This document shows positions 18,051 to 20,000 of a stretch of DNA of 20,000 bases, piece by piece. The stretch comes from Craspedostauros australis (taxonomy: Eukaryota), in NCBI GenBank assembly GCA_030167865.1, contig JALAGF010001942.1, forward strand, positions 49,471-69,470, written 5' to 3'. The position numbers were made by a program, and so were the translations under genes. The notes beneath the pieces were generated by a model. It did no database searches. It saw nothing but the letters and a program-made list of their open reading frames with translations, and was not told where the DNA came from. Position 1 is the stretch's first letter. Every line of letters starts with the position of its first letter.

Positions 18051-20000
18051 ATGGTGGTCAACTTCGATCGGTCGACGCAGGCCAAGTTCTGGATCTTTCA
18101 ATCTCAATCATCTTTGGATGAATGTCGTCAGATGGCCGTTTCTCAGCATCAGCATCAGCAAGAAGCACAGCCAGAGCCACAGTCGCAGCCGCAGTCTCCA
18201 GCATCTTGCAATGCGACTAACAAGAGACGCCGTCATCAGCCACAAATGAGCCAGGCCACCAAGCCAAAGGCACAACACTTCGCTTCTGGCTTCTCCGCCA
18301 AGTCATCATCACTGCCATCATCTCCATCTCCATCAATCTCTGCCAATGTGGATTCCAGTTCCAGTTTCTCAGCCAACGATCAGGAATCCTTGGTTCAGTT
18401 CCATGCGCATCAGATCCAGCAGCTCGTTGGACCCAAGGCCATCCTTCCTGAACTGCGACGCAGCACATCCACCGTCTCCACAGCCATCATGATCTTCCGA
18501 CGCTTCTTCCTTTCCAACTCGGTCATTGACTTCCACCCTCGCAACGTTGCTGCTGCTAGCGCATTGCTCGCTGTCAAGGTCGACTGCGACGCTCGGTTGA
18601 ATGTGAGTTCAAACAACCCCCATTTTGAATGCAACCGTGTCATCTAAGGTCATCCATGAGTATGCCATCGAATGTCATCTCACACTCTCCACCTCTTCTG
18701 CCATCTCCTGATGCCTCCATTCTCCATTCTTCACCACTCTACTTTATTCACGATTCTTTGTATGATTCCATGGTACAGATCGACGTCCTGTCCCATGCCA
18801 CAACTGTCATCGAGCATAAGGCACGGCGATTGCCGCTTGTCCGACATGAGTTGCGTTCTGTTTCCGGTGGGGAAATCGAAGAAGCAGAACGCAACCTTCT
18901 ATCTGGCTTGAACTACCAGCTGCGATGCCATCACCCGTACGGGGCCATCCGGGTGTTGTCTCAGGAGCTGGAGTCATTCGCTGCCACGACCAACGCCATG
19001 AACACAATGAACACTGCGCAAATGGATGAGGCCACCAGAGTTGGAGCCAATGCAAGAGCTCACTCGCCTCGATCAGTGTGCCACTACGTTGATGAACAAT
19101 GCATCTCGCAGAACCAAAACATGACACCACCACTGCTGTCGGCATCTGTATCAACGGCGTCATTCTCAGCCACACCATCGACATCGAAATCTACTTCGTC
19201 TACTGCTGCTGCTACATCAACCTCCAGCATCAGCCAACGCGCACTCGCCATCGCGCAGAATGCTCTTGCCTACTCCGATGTCCACTTTCTGCACGCACCA
19301 GGAAAGATCGCGGTCGCTGCTGTTGCCATCGCCCTCGAGGGTGGCCACACCGATGCCAGCAACACTTCCAGCATCAGTATGAAGAGCAGCGTCGGCCCCA
19401 TGATGCACAACTACCTGAAGCAGCGCTTCCATAGCAAGACCGACGAGCAGCTGATGAAGTTCGAGATGGAGATCGCCAGCATCATCGATGCATTGCACAC
19501 CAGTCCTTCGATGAATATCGAGAAGTACTATCCATCCAGCGACAGATGCAACGCCATGTCACGTGAGCAAGCTGAGAAGTTGCGAAGTTCCTTCGCCGCA
19601 GCATCGAGCATCCGTCACGAGAAGCACTGTCAGATGTTGGCCAACTACTACAACAGCTGCAACAACAACAACTGCGATTGCAATGGCGACTATGACAGCG
19701 GATGTGGGTACGTGAGCGATGATCTGTACGACAGCAGTGGACAACACGAGTACTACCGTGCTCATGACGTTTCCAACAAACGCCATCGGCGCAGTGAAGC
19801 TCAATGGGGCCTTGTCCACACAGATAGTCACCACTACGAGTATGATCGCGACCAACGTCATCACCACCACCACTTCCACTATCACCATCACTATTCGCAG
19901 CATCAGCATCAACATCATGGTGGTTACGCGAACCAGACTGCTGCGTACGACAGTCGAATGGATGGGATGGACTCGGCAGTCCGTGTGACACCAACCAACG
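18051..20000 (+). CDS. CCNH: Cyclin H-like protein, exons 18051-18602 and 18779->20000 (3' end outside the window)
   Basis: N-terminal FDRSTQAKFWIF (cyclin H/C S(T/S)QxxxWxF motif) and cyclin box STAIMIFRRFFLSNSVIDFHPRNVAAASALLAVKVD. After splicing the frame continues IDVLSHA...IEEAERNLLSGLNYQLRCHHPYGAI...ALAYSDVHFLHAPGKIAVAAV and stays open to position 20000. Confidence 0.88.
18603..18778 (+). other. Predicted spliceosomal intron (176 nt, phase 0) in the cyclin gene
   Basis: AAT|GTGAGT donor, C/T-rich interior, TTCAC branch-like motif near 18747 and a TACAG| acceptor. Removal restores the second half of the cyclin box, whereas the unspliced frame stops at 18647. Confidence 0.9.

Noticed and set aside
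17650..18249. 199-aa plus-strand ORF overlapping the cyclin start
   Set aside because: It has a non-ATG start and is a low-complexity translation of the A/C-rich 5' leader, out of frame with the cyclin.

Overview
Gene-dense eukaryotic nuclear DNA with the style of a pennate diatom or other stramenopile. This is inferred from GTGAGT..CAG introns, CA-rich leaders, an AF-type plastid presequence and few introns; the species cannot be determined. From left to right: (1) a RUS1/DUF647-family membrane protein on the minus strand, absent from the ORF track because it runs off the left edge; (2) an unannotated two-exon small secreted protein of 119 aa; (3) a probable decayed gene with LRR-like segments, broken by stops and frameshifts; (4) an intronless 2389-aa proteasome activator PA200/Blm10 ending in the YYA HbYX motif; (5) a convergent DUF3754/TMEM143-like protein with a probable plastid presequence; (6) a 2.5-kb divergent intergenic region containing a weak MITE-like candidate; (7) a two-exon divergent cyclin H-like gene with a His-rich tail that runs off the right edge. 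No CRISPR array, rRNA, tRNA or intact mobile element was seen. I found no convincing multi-gene novel system. The best leads are the small secreted peptide gene and the atypical cyclin H.
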